Made by a program: the position numbers and the translations under genes
Shown: one piece after another, positions 46,327 through 56,065 of the stretch
Layout: each line of letters starts with the position of its first letter
Numbering within the stretch: position 1 is the first letter of the stretch
From: an uncultured bacterium
GTDB lineage: Bacteria > Verrucomicrobiota > Verrucomicrobiia > Verrucomicrobiales > DEV007
Length of the DNA: 64,000 nucleotides
Assembly (NCBI GenBank): GCA_963977015.1
Contig: CAXBMO010000002.1
Location: 192,001-256,000 of the forward strand
Reading direction: 5' to 3'
Notes under the pieces: model-generated
The model's input: the letters and a program-made list of their open reading frames with translations, nothing else
Told to the model about the DNA's origin: nothing
Databases searched by the model: none

Positions 46327-48429
46327 TCAATCCCCAAAAGCTTCTTTTTCGAGAACGACGCGGAACCCGGTCTCGTAGTTGTGGTGGGCATTCGGGTCGG
46401 CCAACAGGCGATACCCCAGGGCGAGATTCGCATCTTGTGCCCGATTCCAACTTCCACCTCGAAGAATTTTGAAACGGGTGCCAATGCGATCAGGCTTTGC
46501 CGTCGCATTTTCCTGCTGTTCCCGATTAAATACATCCTGGGTGTACCAATCGCGACACCATTCCCAGACATTGCCTCGAACATCATGCAACCCCAGCCGA
46601 TTGGGCTCCAGGCTGCCGATTGGCGCCAGGGATTGAAGCTGCCCCTGCTTACTCGTAACGCCCTGTTCTAGCGGAGTCCCTTCCGCAAAAAACGTCCACT
46701 GATGGTCCATGGGGAGCTGATAATGATAGCCTTGGGGGACAAAACCGGCCCCTTTTTCCGCAATCGTGAGTTGGTCGCAAAACTTCACGGCTTCGATCCA
46801 CGTCACATTGTTGACGGGCAAATCGGGCCCGGTGAATTGACTCGGATTATTCTGGGCGACCAGCTCGAAAGCTCGTTGAGGCGTTTCCGTTGCTTCAACC
46901 CAACACTCCAGTCCATCAATCCAAATCATCCGTTGGCCCATTCCGTTCGTGAAATCGCTTCCGGGAGTCGGAACGGGGTCATACTGAAGCTCGGCGCTGA
47001 GATCCAGGCGATGGCCAGACCGAACCAAGCCACTCATTTCCTTGGGCGCGTAACGTTCCCTCCACAGCTGGAAAACGTGCTTTCCCGGGGAGATATTGGT
47101 CACCAAAAGGGGCGTGACTCCGATCATTTTGCCATCCAACGTCACCTGCGCCCGGTCTGGCTCACTCGTAATCTGGACGGATCCATACTGAAACGAAAAA
47201 TGCGGCTCGATGGGCATTCCCCCCACCAGATCAAAGGTCAGATGCACATCCTTGAGCCCCGGTTTGACGGCATACATGGCGTGATTTCCCTCTGGAAGCT
47301 TCGCCGTGAGCGGCGTTACCGGATTGTCTTCTCCAATGATCCGCTTCGAACCGCTGAACACCGACGCTCCGGGAGGATCACTCGTGATTCTCACGGTTTG
47401 GAGCGACCAGTTCGAGTGCTTCTCGACCGTTTTGTTCGGAACGACACGAAGGAGATGGCGCTGATCCAAACCTGCGTCGTGACGCAAAACAACCTCGTAT
47501 GCACCGACCGGAAGCTTCTCGATCCGCAATGGAGTTAATCCGGCTGAACTCGAAACCTCCTGATGCTGGCCTTTCAGCCAAACCTCGGCGCCCTCTGGAT
47601 CGGAAGTCAGCAACAGGCTTCCCTCGGGAAAGTCCTGCTCCACCTCGGTCACCATGTCAGCCGCCAACGTGATATCGCGGGACACCGTCGGCCAGCCGTC
47701 TCGCGTTAGCGAAAGCTGGTAGATGCTGACGGGAAGATTTGGGACCTTTGCCGGCGCATCACCACTAATGATGAGTTCAAAACTGTCGTCTCCCGTCTTC
47801 GCAAACAATTCAAACTTGGCGGGTTGCGTCGTATTGATCTCAAGAGTTCCCCGGCTTCGCGCAAGCCGGATCGTTTCAATTTCACGAATCCGGTTTGCGA
47901 CCACTTCAATCGTTGAACGCTCGGTCTGGTATCCCAAACGACTGATCAGCACCTCATAAAATCCCTGTTCCAAGTCGGTCAGCGTTAGGGGGGCGGCCCC
48001 TTCCGCCACCACTTCGTTCCCCAGATCCCTTACCTTCACGCTCGCGCCAGTCGGTTCGGTGACGATCGAAAAACCTCCAAGCCCCCCCGCCGAAGTCGCG
48101 ATTGCCTCCTCCATCGCAGATTCTTCTACTGCGGTCGCAGGATCGGTCGCCTCAATCCGTTGGTCGGGTTTCGAAATCGTTGCGGGCGAGACGGCTGCAG
48201 TTTCTTCCCTAGTCTCTGAAAGCGATAAGGGCGCGACAATCGTCCCTTCGTCAGAAACCAGCACCACATCTTCCTTCTGACTTGGGCCAGACATTCTCCC
48301 AACCACCCAACTCCCCACAGCCACCAGCAAAATCAGTCCAATCAAGGGCAACCTTGGCTGCAGCCTCGCCAACAAGCTAGGCTTTCCACCCTTTGGCGGA
48401 AGCATCACATAGTCTGATTTCCCTTTCAT
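46327..48429 (-). CDS. Membrane-anchored PEGA-repeat protein with C-terminal FGE/SUMF1-type domain
   Basis: Repeated TSDPEGA/TSDPPGA/TSEPDRA units; PNRLGLHDVRGNVWEWCRDWY, RGGSW and GFRVV. Confidence 0.88.
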   Translation of the reverse strand: MKGKSDYVMLPPKGGKPSLLARLQPRLPLIGLILLVAVGSWVVGRMSGPSQKEDVVLVSDEGTIVAPLSLSETREETAAVSPATISKPDQRIEATDPATAVEESAMEEAIATSAGGLGGFSIVTEPTGASVKVRDLGNEVVAEGAAPLTLTDLEQGFYEVLISRLGYQTERSTIEVVANRIREIETIRLARSRGTLEINTTQPAKFELFAKTGDDSFELIISGDAPAKVPNLPVSIYQLSLTRDGWPTVSRDITLAADMVTEVEQDFPEGSLLLTSDPEGAEVWLKGQHQEVSSSAGLTPLRIEKLPVGAYEVVLRHDAGLDQRHLLRVVPNKTVEKHSNWSLQTVRITSDPPGASVFSGSKRIIGEDNPVTPLTAKLPEGNHAMYAVKPGLKDVHLTFDLVGGMPIEPHFSFQYGSVQITSEPDRAQVTLDGKMIGVTPLLVTNISPGKHVFQLWRERYAPKEMSGLVRSGHRLDLSAELQYDPVPTPGSDFTNGMGQRMIWIDGLECWVEATETPQRAFELVAQNNPSQFTGPDLPVNNVTWIEAVKFCDQLTIAEKGAGFVPQGYHYQLPMDHQWTFFAEGTPLEQGVTSKQGQLQSLAPIGSLEPNRLGLHDVRGNVWEWCRDWYTQDVFNREQQENATAKPDRIGTRFKILRGGSWNRAQDANLALGYRLLADPNAHHNYETGFRVVLEKEAFGD

Positions 48430-48677
48430 GGTGTGTTTGCTTTGTATTTACATTGCACCAACAATTCTGGCAATCAAAATTGAGGCTATCTACCATTTGC
48501 TTGTCGTCAGGGTGGCAAATAGTGACATCTATTTGCCTACCAAAGAGCAACTCCCCGAAGGCTACAGAGGCTCAGTAGGAAAACACGACCATTTTCAACA
48601 TTCCAAAATGCCATCCTGTCAGCCTCCATGGGAATGGTGAAGGCGGCAAAAACTACAGCGCCGCCCCAAAAAAGAAG

Positions 48678-48761
48678 TGCTCTCGAGAGGAGTCGAACCT
48701 CCACGAACTTGCGTTCACTAGAACCTGAATCTAGCGCGTCTACCAATTCCGCCACGAGAGC
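48678..48761 (-). tRNA. tRNA-Leu (anticodon CAG)
   Basis: GCTCTCG acceptor stem, D-loop GGAATTGGTAGAC, anticodon arm CTAGA-TTCAGGT-TCTAG, long variable arm and GTTCGA T-loop. CCA is not encoded. Confidence 0.97.
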
Positions 48762-48848
48762 TTTTCGCTGGTAGCTAAGGAGAAGCGTGTTCCCCTCATA
48801 TTCCGGCTACCTCAGTTGCCTGAAGTAGATAATCGGAGCGAAGGCTGC

Positions 48849-48876
48849 AGCTTATTCACCTTCCCCACGAGCGCAA
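48849..48876 (-). promoter_or_regulatory. Candidate sigma70 promoter for the tRNA transcript
   Basis: Minus strand TTGCGC, 16-nt spacer, TAAGCT. Confidence 0.45.
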
Positions 48877-48934
48877 CGAAAAATCTATTTTCCTGATGCT
48901 CGCCTACTTGATTTCGAAAACGAGCCAAAGTCGC

Positions 48935-50119
48935 TTATTCCCGGCCCAGCCGATCGTTGATTTGCTCGGTGATGCCGGTCAGGGGATTCCTTTTTGGGAG
49001 GGGATTGACGAGGAGTGGTTGGTGAAGCGGTTTGATCCGATACACTGCGAACGGAGCACTCGTGACATCTTCTCCCTGGTTAAACGCGGATGAACGGCTC
49101 AACTGGTTGCAGTAAAAGTAGAGGCGCCCATCCCCGCCAAAGGTGAGTCCATCCGGCCAGCAGAGTTTGGGGTCCTTGACGAAGGTCTCCATACGCCGGG
49201 TTTTCGGCTGGATGATGCGGATCGCATTGAGGGACAAATCGCCAACATAAATGTTGTCTCTGGCGTCGATCGCGATGGAGTCACAGTCCGGCTTGGATGA
49301 GTAGAGTTCCACCCCTTCTTCCAATTCCGTCGGAGTGGCGGCTTCATTGCGGAGCAGAGATGTGGAGATTCGATAGAGCTGCCGACCTTTCATCGGTCCG
49401 TAATACAGCCATCGCCCTCGGCGATCGATCGTAATGGGATTTACCCCGGCAAGCGGCTCAGCCTCGGTTCCATCAGGCCGTTTTACCTGCAACTTCTTGC
49501 CGTTGACGATCATGAGTTGCTTTTCCGGCACCACGCTGTCGTGGCTCTGCAAAACCCGGCGGGCGAGACCATTTCTCAGATCGAGAACGATCAATGCGGC
49601 ATCCGTTCCAGACGCCGGATCAGCAATGTAGATAAAGGGTTCCGACGGATCGACGGCGAAATCGACGAGAAACGACGTCGGGAGAGTGGCGGGTGCGGGC
49701 AGATAGTGAACCTGATGCAGCCGATCGCCGCCCACGTTCCAACCAATCAGCTTCGGAAGACTTTCTCCCCGACGACCATTGTCGAGCATCCATATGATAC
49801 CGCCCTCCGCGTCGCGAACCCCCATGACGGAATCCAGCACCGGAAGAGCCGACTTGGACTGCCCCGTGCTGACTTCGTCATTTGGAAAAGCGGTGACGTC
49901 ACCAAGCCGGTCTACTTTCACCACCCGCTCCCGCGTCTCGAAGAACTGGTGGAGACTGATAAACATGGTGCCATCCGGAGTGACGGCCATCCCTCCCGGC
50001 CCCTGCATCAACTCTGCGGCGACATCTATCGAAGTGCCATCACCGGCTGCCGTTGCCAAGCGCAACGCGATCAATAGTGAGCCGGTAAGAAGCGACTTCG
50101 ATCGAAGAGCGTACTTCAT
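48935..50119 (-). CDS. Major royal jelly / yellow-like beta-propeller protein
   Basis: LDSVMGV...IWMLDNG, YIAD, LYYGPM and LCWPDGLTF; signal peptide. Confidence 0.85.
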   Translation of the reverse strand: MKYALRSKSLLTGSLLIALRLATAAGDGTSIDVAAELMQGPGGMAVTPDGTMFISLHQFFETRERVVKVDRLGDVTAFPNDEVSTGQSKSALPVLDSVMGVRDAEGGIIWMLDNGRRGESLPKLIGWNVGGDRLHQVHYLPAPATLPTSFLVDFAVDPSEPFIYIADPASGTDAALIVLDLRNGLARRVLQSHDSVVPEKQLMIVNGKKLQVKRPDGTEAEPLAGVNPITIDRRGRWLYYGPMKGRQLYRISTSLLRNEAATPTELEEGVELYSSKPDCDSIAIDARDNIYVGDLSLNAIRIIQPKTRRMETFVKDPKLCWPDGLTFGGDGRLYFYCNQLSRSSAFNQGEDVTSAPFAVYRIKPLHQPLLVNPLPKRNPLTGITEQINDRLGRE

Positions 50120-50358
50120 ACGATGGGTGGAGAAGAGATGAACGATTCTGGCCATTGAAACTGTGAGGGGGGAGCGACAACTAACGAAGGAAAAACCCGA
50201 AACGAGGTTCTGTATCCAACAGGTATTTCCACCTCGACGTCAATGAATTGCCGAAAGAAAATGATGCAAATTTCTTCGCAAACTTGTTAGAGCATTTTGA
50301 TCACTGAATTCCTTGCTGACGTCAATGCGCTTTTTTGTTATGGTGTCCGCTTAGGGCC

Positions 50359-52440
50359 ATGAAATTCAGCATCAAGACAAGACTTGTTGCCATCCTTGTC
50401 CTTGCTGTGGCGCTGCCGAGCTTGGTTGGGCTCTTATTCATATGGCACCTGGGCACCCGTCAATTTCAGGTTCAAAAGGCGAATTTGTTTCGCACGAAAG
50501 CAGAATATTTGGCCGCAGATGTTCGAAACAAGATCGATCTTGAAGCCAGGCAGCTGAGCGACTGGATTGCGTTTTCTAATTTGGGAACCGAAGTCGTATC
50601 GTTGTCTGCAGCCGCCCCTGGTGTATTGATCGATGATCCGGAGTTTGTCGGGCAAATGGCCCAGATCGAAGAAGATTGGCCGAATTTACCGCTCGACTCG
50701 CCCCTCGTCGCTCGCGCACTGGGTTCGGAAAACCCCATTGCAAGGAAGATTCAAGCATTCCAGGCGCGTCACCCTCTGGTTGCCGAGATTTTGGTAACAG
50801 ACGCGATGGGCAGACTGGTTGCTGCATCGAATAAAAGTACGGATTACTGGCAGGCAGACGAGCAGTGGTGGCGCCAGGGGATGAAACTGCCGCCGGACAA
50901 GACCTGGGCGGAAGGAATCAATCTGGACGAAAGCGCCGGCAGCGTTCTGTCGCTGGACTTTTCGATCCCATTGCGACCATCTCCATCCACGGAGCCGGTT
51001 GGAGTTTTAAAGGCAGTTGTCGATGCATCTTCCCTCATTCGTTCGATATCGGGCCTGATTTCGAATTCAGACGAGAATTGGGATATTGTGATGGGCGACG
51101 GCAAAGTCTTGCAACGCCTCACATCGGATCAATTTTCGCCCTTTACACAGACTCTCGACGTGACTGAAATGTGGGAAATTCTGAACAACCCGGAACGCTG
51201 TCGGGTGGCCGCCTTAACGGCGGGAACCGTCGATTTGGCAGGGATTGCCCCGGTTTTTGCCGATTTTGAATCTGCGGAACAGCAGATGCCCGGACTGAAA
51301 CCCATGTTTGTCATCGTTCATCAAGAGTTGAACGAAGTGCTCAAGCCGATTCGAAATCACTTGAATGGCTATGTTCAGGCCGGGTTTGTGGTCGCGTTTG
51401 GTTTTATTCTTTTTGGTACGTGTCTTGCCAAATCTCGAATCGTCCGGCCCATCCACATGCTCCAAACTGCGGCGAGAGGTTTGGCGGCGGCGGCCCAACG
51501 GGAGGAACAAGTTCAGAATCCAGCCACCAACAACCCGGTTTCCGAAACGGAAACGTACCTTTCCCGGCTCGAAAGCATCAATAGCGGTGACGAAATTGAG
51601 AAGCTGGCTCACGATTTCTCGGTGATGGCGCGTCGCGTTCTCAACTATCACAGTCAGCTTCAGCAGGAAATTGAGGCACAGACTCACGAACTGATCGTCG
51701 CCAAAGACGCCGCAGAGGGCGCGAACCAAGCCAAAAGCACCTTTCTCGCGAACATGAGTCACGAGCTTCGTACGCCATTGAATGCGGTAATTGGTTATAG
51801 CGAAATGCTGGAAGAGGATGCGACGGAACAGAACCGGGAGAGTGATGTTCGGGATCTGCGGCGAATTCAGGACGCCGGGCATCACCTTCTTACCTTGATC
51901 AATGAAGTTCTTGATCTCTCCAAGGTTGAATCCGGGAGCATTCCGTTTCAGGCAGAAGTCTTTGAATTGGCCCCATTCATTCGCGACATCCTCTCTCAGT
52001 TGGAATCCGGTGCGAAGAAGAACGGAAATCGTCTGATTGCGGATTATCCCGAAGACATCGGCACCCTCAACACCGATCCAACGCGCCTTAAGCAGGTAAT
52101 TTTGAATCTTCTCTCCAATTCCATCAAATTTACGGAAAAAGGAACGGTGAAGCTTCAGGTGCAGCGTCTTGCGGCAATCGGCGAAGAAAGTGAACGGATT
52201 GCGTTCCGCGTTGAAGATACTGGTATCGGGATGACTCCCGATCAATTGGCGGTGGTCTTTGAGCCCTTCAGACAAGCGGATGTTTCAACCACTCGCAAAT
52301 ACGGAGGAACGGGTTTAGGATTGACAATCGCACAGCGATTCACCAAACTTTTGGGAGGAGAGATTGTGGCAACCAGTACCGAACATGATGGGTCTGTCTT
52401 CAGCTTTTCGATTCCGGTTGAAATGCCCGAGCAGAAATAA
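50359..52440 (+). CDS. Sensor histidine kinase (periplasmic Cache-like domain, HAMP, HisKA, HATPase)
   Basis: Two TM helices; [29 protein letters not shown] and GGTGLGL. Confidence 0.95.
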   Translation: MKFSIKTRLVAILVLAVALPSLVGLLFIWHLGTRQFQVQKANLFRTKAEYLAADVRNKIDLEARQLSDWIAFSNLGTEVVSLSAAAPGVLIDDPEFVGQMAQIEEDWPNLPLDSPLVARALGSENPIARKIQAFQARHPLVAEILVTDAMGRLVAASNKSTDYWQADEQWWRQGMKLPPDKTWAEGINLDESAGSVLSLDFSIPLRPSPSTEPVGVLKAVVDASSLIRSISGLISNSDENWDIVMGDGKVLQRLTSDQFSPFTQTLDVTEMWEILNNPERCRVAALTAGTVDLAGIAPVFADFESAEQQMPGLKPMFVIVHQELNEVLKPIRNHLNGYVQAGFVVAFGFILFGTCLAKSRIVRPIHMLQTAARGLAAAAQREEQVQNPATNNPVSETETYLSRLESINSGDEIEKLAHDFSVMARRVLNYHSQLQQEIEAQTHELIVAKDAAEGANQAKSTFLANMSHELRTPLNAVIGYSEMLEEDATEQNRESDVRDLRRIQDAGHHLLTLINEVLDLSKVESGSIPFQAEVFELAPFIRDILSQLESGAKKNGNRLIADYPEDIGTLNTDPTRLKQVILNLLSNSIKFTEKGTVKLQVQRLAAIGEESERIAFRVEDTGIGMTPDQLAVVFEPFRQADVSTTRKYGGTGLGLTIAQRFTKLLGGEIVATSTEHDGSVFSFSIPVEMPEQK

Positions 52441-52490
52441 ATAACTCCTGGCAAATTCAATCGGCATTTTCATTTTAACACCATTTAACA

Positions 52491-52862
52491 ATGGCCCGTA
52501 TCCTGCTAATCGAAGACAATCCAGATAACCTCGATATGTTGAAACGGCGGCTTGAGAAGCGGGGTTACGAAGTGCTTTGCGAAACGGACGGTCAGCAAGG
52601 CCTTCGTGTCGCTCAAACCGGGAATCCCGATTTGGTACTTCTCGACCTGAACCTTCCCGAACTGGATGGCTGGAAAGTCGTCGAAACCCTGAAAGCGGCC
52701 GATGAGACCAAATCGATTCCCGTGATCGCCGTTACCGCGTTCTGTCAGCCCGGTGATCGCGAAAACGCGCTCAGATCCGGCTGCGACGAATTCACCAGCA
52801 AGCCCGTTTTCATTGACGATTTGTTGCCAAAAATCGAACGTCTTCTGAGTGGTTCGCAGTAG
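52491..52862 (+). CDS. Single-domain response regulator (DivK/CheY-like)
   Basis: ILLIEDN, LVLLDLNLP, IAVTA and SKPV. Confidence 0.95.
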   Translation: MARILLIEDNPDNLDMLKRRLEKRGYEVLCETDGQQGLRVAQTGNPDLVLLDLNLPELDGWKVVETLKAADETKSIPVIAVTAFCQPGDRENALRSGCDEFTSKPVFIDDLLPKIERLLSGSQ

Positions 52863-52930
52863 CAATCCACGAAACGGAGTCGCAGGCACGCGCTGTTGAC
52901 GTTGAAGTTCTCCCGGGCGAAGGGTTTTCC

Positions 52931-54139
52931 ATGCTCCTCGAAATGTCATCGCGCATTTTGCGCACGGTGGATCCCAAGATTCTTCGCAACTTCAATTGGA
53001 ATTTTGGAGTGAAAGGGATTCGATCCATCCAACTTTTCAAAAAACGCCTTAAGGAGGGAATCCATTTCCCGCCCTTTCTCTACATTTCGATTTTGAATAG
53101 CTGCAACCTGCGCTGCCAGGGCTGTTGGGTCGATGTCGACAAACCCCAGGTCAAAATCAACCTGGATGAGTTGAACCGAATCGTGAACGACGCCAGAGAG
53201 CACGGCAACAGCTTCTTCGGAATCCTGGGTGGCGAGCCATTCATGCACCCAGAATTGTTCGACTTTCTCGCCCAACACCCGGATTGCTTCTTTCAGGTCT
53301 TTACCAACGGCCAGTTGATCACGCCAAAGAATGCACGCCTCTTGCGCAAAGTCGCCAACGCGACCCCGCTGATTAGCATCGAAGGCAACGAGATTGTGTC
53401 GAACGAACGCCGCGGAAAGAACGACGTTTACAAGCGAACGTTGAAAGGATTGCAGAATTGCCTCGACGAGAAAATCATGACCGGAGTGGCGACCAGCGTC
53501 TGCCAAACGAACATCGATGAGTTGGTCACCGAAAGTTGGCTACGCCGCTTGATCGATATGGGCGTTCACTATGCGTGGTACCACACCTACCGCCCCGTCG
53601 GTCCACAAATTCACGAGGAACTGGCCCTGAGTGAGGAGCAGGCTCGCCGCGTTCGCGAATTTGTCGTGAACATGCGATGCAAACTTCCGATCGGAATCAT
53701 CGACGCTTACTATGATGGTGAGGGTCGGGCGGTATGCCCAATGGCAACCGGCATCAGCCACCACATCGGACCAACCGGCGGGATTGAACCCTGCCCGATC
53801 ATCCAATTTGCAACGGAGAGCGTTCGCGACCACGACGGAATTTATGACGCGCTGACAAAAAGCGAGTTCATGCGGGATTTCCGGGAAACCGCCGCAAAGA
53901 CGACGCGAGGATGCCTTGTGCTGGAGCGGCCTGACATTGTGAGCGACCTGGCCAAAAAGCACGGTGCCAAGGACACCACGATTCGACAGACAGCCCATGC
54001 CGAGCTCGCTAACATGTCCCCCAAGGGCAGCCAGCATCAGCCCGGCAAAGAGATCCCCGAGAAGCACTGGATGTATCGAATCGCCAAGCACTTCTGGTTC
54101 AACGATTTCGGAGTCTACTCAGACCAGAATACAGGTTAG
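52931..54139 (+). CDS. Radical SAM protein with SPASM/twitch-like C-terminal region
   Basis: CNLRCQGC, GGEPF, FTNG and CPM...IEPCP. Confidence 0.9.
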   Translation: MLLEMSSRILRTVDPKILRNFNWNFGVKGIRSIQLFKKRLKEGIHFPPFLYISILNSCNLRCQGCWVDVDKPQVKINLDELNRIVNDAREHGNSFFGILGGEPFMHPELFDFLAQHPDCFFQVFTNGQLITPKNARLLRKVANATPLISIEGNEIVSNERRGKNDVYKRTLKGLQNCLDEKIMTGVATSVCQTNIDELVTESWLRRLIDMGVHYAWYHTYRPVGPQIHEELALSEEQARRVREFVVNMRCKLPIGIIDAYYDGEGRAVCPMATGISHHIGPTGGIEPCPIIQFATESVRDHDGIYDALTKSEFMRDFRETAAKTTRGCLVLERPDIVSDLAKKHGAKDTTIRQTAHAELANMSPKGSQHQPGKEIPEKHWMYRIAKHFWFNDFGVYSDQNTG

Positions 54140-54220
54140 GACTGAGCCTGACTTTTTGCCATTCGGGAAGTGAAGGAGTTGCAATGACGTTGCGTCAAAA
54201 TTGCAACCCCCAATCCTCTC

Positions 54221-54946
54221 ATGGCAACTCAGACCTTCTCTCAATTTGTCGGAATCACTGCACCTTTAGATTTTCACCGGAGTCGTACCTTCCAGCGCCC
54301 CCGTCATGGCCAATCGGTCGACCTCCACCAGCTCAGCGAAAAATTCTTTGATCGAACGAAACCGTCCGAACTGCGAATTGAAAAAAATGGCCAAACATTT
54401 GGGTTGGCACGTTTTGAGACTGAGTATATGGCGAAGGATACTCCGGCAGGTTTTCGATACCTCCATGGCTTATCCTATGAACTAACCTTCAGTCCGGGAA
54501 TTGAGTTTTCAATCCTCCCCTTGGCGGCCAAGCTTTTTTTCGATGACTATTTCGGCCTGCGCGCTGTGAAGTTCGATGTGGCCCGGGATTTTGAGAAGGA
54601 ACATTTTGAAGCTGTGTTCGACCAACCCGCCCGGTTTCACCACATTCGAATGCGGATGCCCGAGCGGTCAAAAACAACGACTACTGGCAATGAACCTTGG
54701 CGGACGTGGTTTGCGTTGGCTTCGCAGGCAAGCCCAAGGTCGCTTGAAACCATCCTGCACAACATTCGGCCGGATATCCAGGCGCACTACGATCAAACGT
54801 ATGCAGGAACGATCGTCTCTGCAAAGCTCGGCCTGTTCCCGGTTCCCCTCAGTTTCTTTCTCGATGAGACTGGTGAGTTGATTCGGATTGACCAAATTCC
54901 TTCCCGTTCGGAAATCGTCCTCAACGCCCCTCCTTCGCCCCTGTAA
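54221..54946 (+). CDS. Hypothetical protein
   Basis: 241-aa ATG ORF filling the gap; no recognisable motif. Confidence 0.6.
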   Translation: MATQTFSQFVGITAPLDFHRSRTFQRPRHGQSVDLHQLSEKFFDRTKPSELRIEKNGQTFGLARFETEYMAKDTPAGFRYLHGLSYELTFSPGIEFSILPLAAKLFFDDYFGLRAVKFDVARDFEKEHFEAVFDQPARFHHIRMRMPERSKTTTTGNEPWRTWFALASQASPRSLETILHNIRPDIQAHYDQTYAGTIVSAKLGLFPVPLSFFLDETGELIRIDQIPSRSEIVLNAPPSPL

Positions 54947-55052
54947 CGACGTCGGTTGAAAGCAATAGTGGAACAAACCAGAGAAATAAGCTCAGATTGA
55001 CACGCATCGTGGAGCGGGGCGAAGGCAACGCATGGGACCGCTCCTCGTAAAT

Positions 55053-55874
55053 TCAAATCTGCCCACGCATCTTTGCCCAGGCCAGCCCCATGTATTCGTA
55101 AAACGCCCCTTCACTTCGCCCAAATTTCGAGGCCTTGGGGAGAAGGCTTTTGGGGCCAAGCCGAAACCCCGCACCACTTGCCTCAAACATCACGGGAGCT
55201 GCAACCGGGCGTAGTCCAGCCTTGCGGAACAGTCCCGCCGCTCGTGGCATGTGAGATGCCGAGGTCACTAACAAAAACGGCTCTTCGCCCAACGTCTCTT
55301 TCAGAAACGCAACATGGTCCTTGGTATCTCGAGACTGGTTCTCCACAATCATGGACTCGCGCGAAACGCCCCAGGATTCCGCCACCTCAGCCATATCATC
55401 CGCGATGGCGATGAGCTGATTTTTGTTGGTCTTACCGCCGGTCACGATCAGTTTGGTATTCGGATAGAGCCGGTGCATCCGTAACCCCTCATTAAGCCTC
55501 GCCGTGGTTTTGGGACCAAGCCGTGAAGTCACGGGAAGATTGGGGTTCGCGGTGTGATCGCCACCTAGCACAACGACGTAGGCAGGCTTCCAACCCGCGA
55601 CGAATTGAGCCTCCGCGACTTCGGGCCCAAACGGCGGGTAATCGTTCTCCAACGAATGCAACATCATGTCCGGAAATGGTCCCGTTCCAAACACGAAAAA
55701 CATGACAACTCCCAAGGTTAGGCAAATCCTCCCCACCAAGCGGCGGCGCCAAGTCCGTGCAAACCACATCAACAAGACACCAGCCAGCAAAAAGTAGCCC
55801 ACCAGTGGCAACGGGAAGAGAAGCCTGGAGACGATTTTTTTGAAAGCAAAGACAAAGTCCATCAGCGTTATCAT
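55053..55874 (-). CDS. ElyC/SanA/YdcF (DUF218) envelope biogenesis protein
   Basis: VVVLGG, IVENQSRDT, LVTSASHMPRA and YEYMGL; two N-terminal TM helices. Confidence 0.9.
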   Translation of the reverse strand: MITLMDFVFAFKKIVSRLLFPLPLVGYFLLAGVLLMWFARTWRRRLVGRICLTLGVVMFFVFGTGPFPDMMLHSLENDYPPFGPEVAEAQFVAGWKPAYVVVLGGDHTANPNLPVTSRLGPKTTARLNEGLRMHRLYPNTKLIVTGGKTNKNQLIAIADDMAEVAESWGVSRESMIVENQSRDTKDHVAFLKETLGEEPFLLVTSASHMPRAAGLFRKAGLRPVAAPVMFEASGAGFRLGPKSLLPKASKFGRSEGAFYEYMGLAWAKMRGQI

Positions 55875-56065
55875 GCCCGAGAGGTCGGCTAACGTCACCC
55901 AAAAACCTCGCCAACAATCAATTCCGCAGTTCACCAATCGGCACTCCCTTCATGAGGCAATGGTGATGGCGCCCCCACTTCCCGGCATCTGAATAAGAGC
56001 CCTCCAACTCCGCTCTCTCGCAGTCCTCTTCGAACGCTCTTCCCTTGGCGAAAACGGGTTTACAA

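Noticed and set aside
48537-48755. 72-aa ORF MAELVDALDSGSS...
   Set aside because: It is a translation of the tRNA-Leu sequence.
48430-48761. tRNA-anchored genomic island or prophage
   Set aside because: No integrase or phage genes beside the tRNA, and I saw no duplicated tRNA 3' end in the window.
55004-55047. GGAGCGG...CCGCTCC hairpin as a REP element
   Set aside because: Only one copy was seen, between convergent genes. It is most simply a 3'-end structure.
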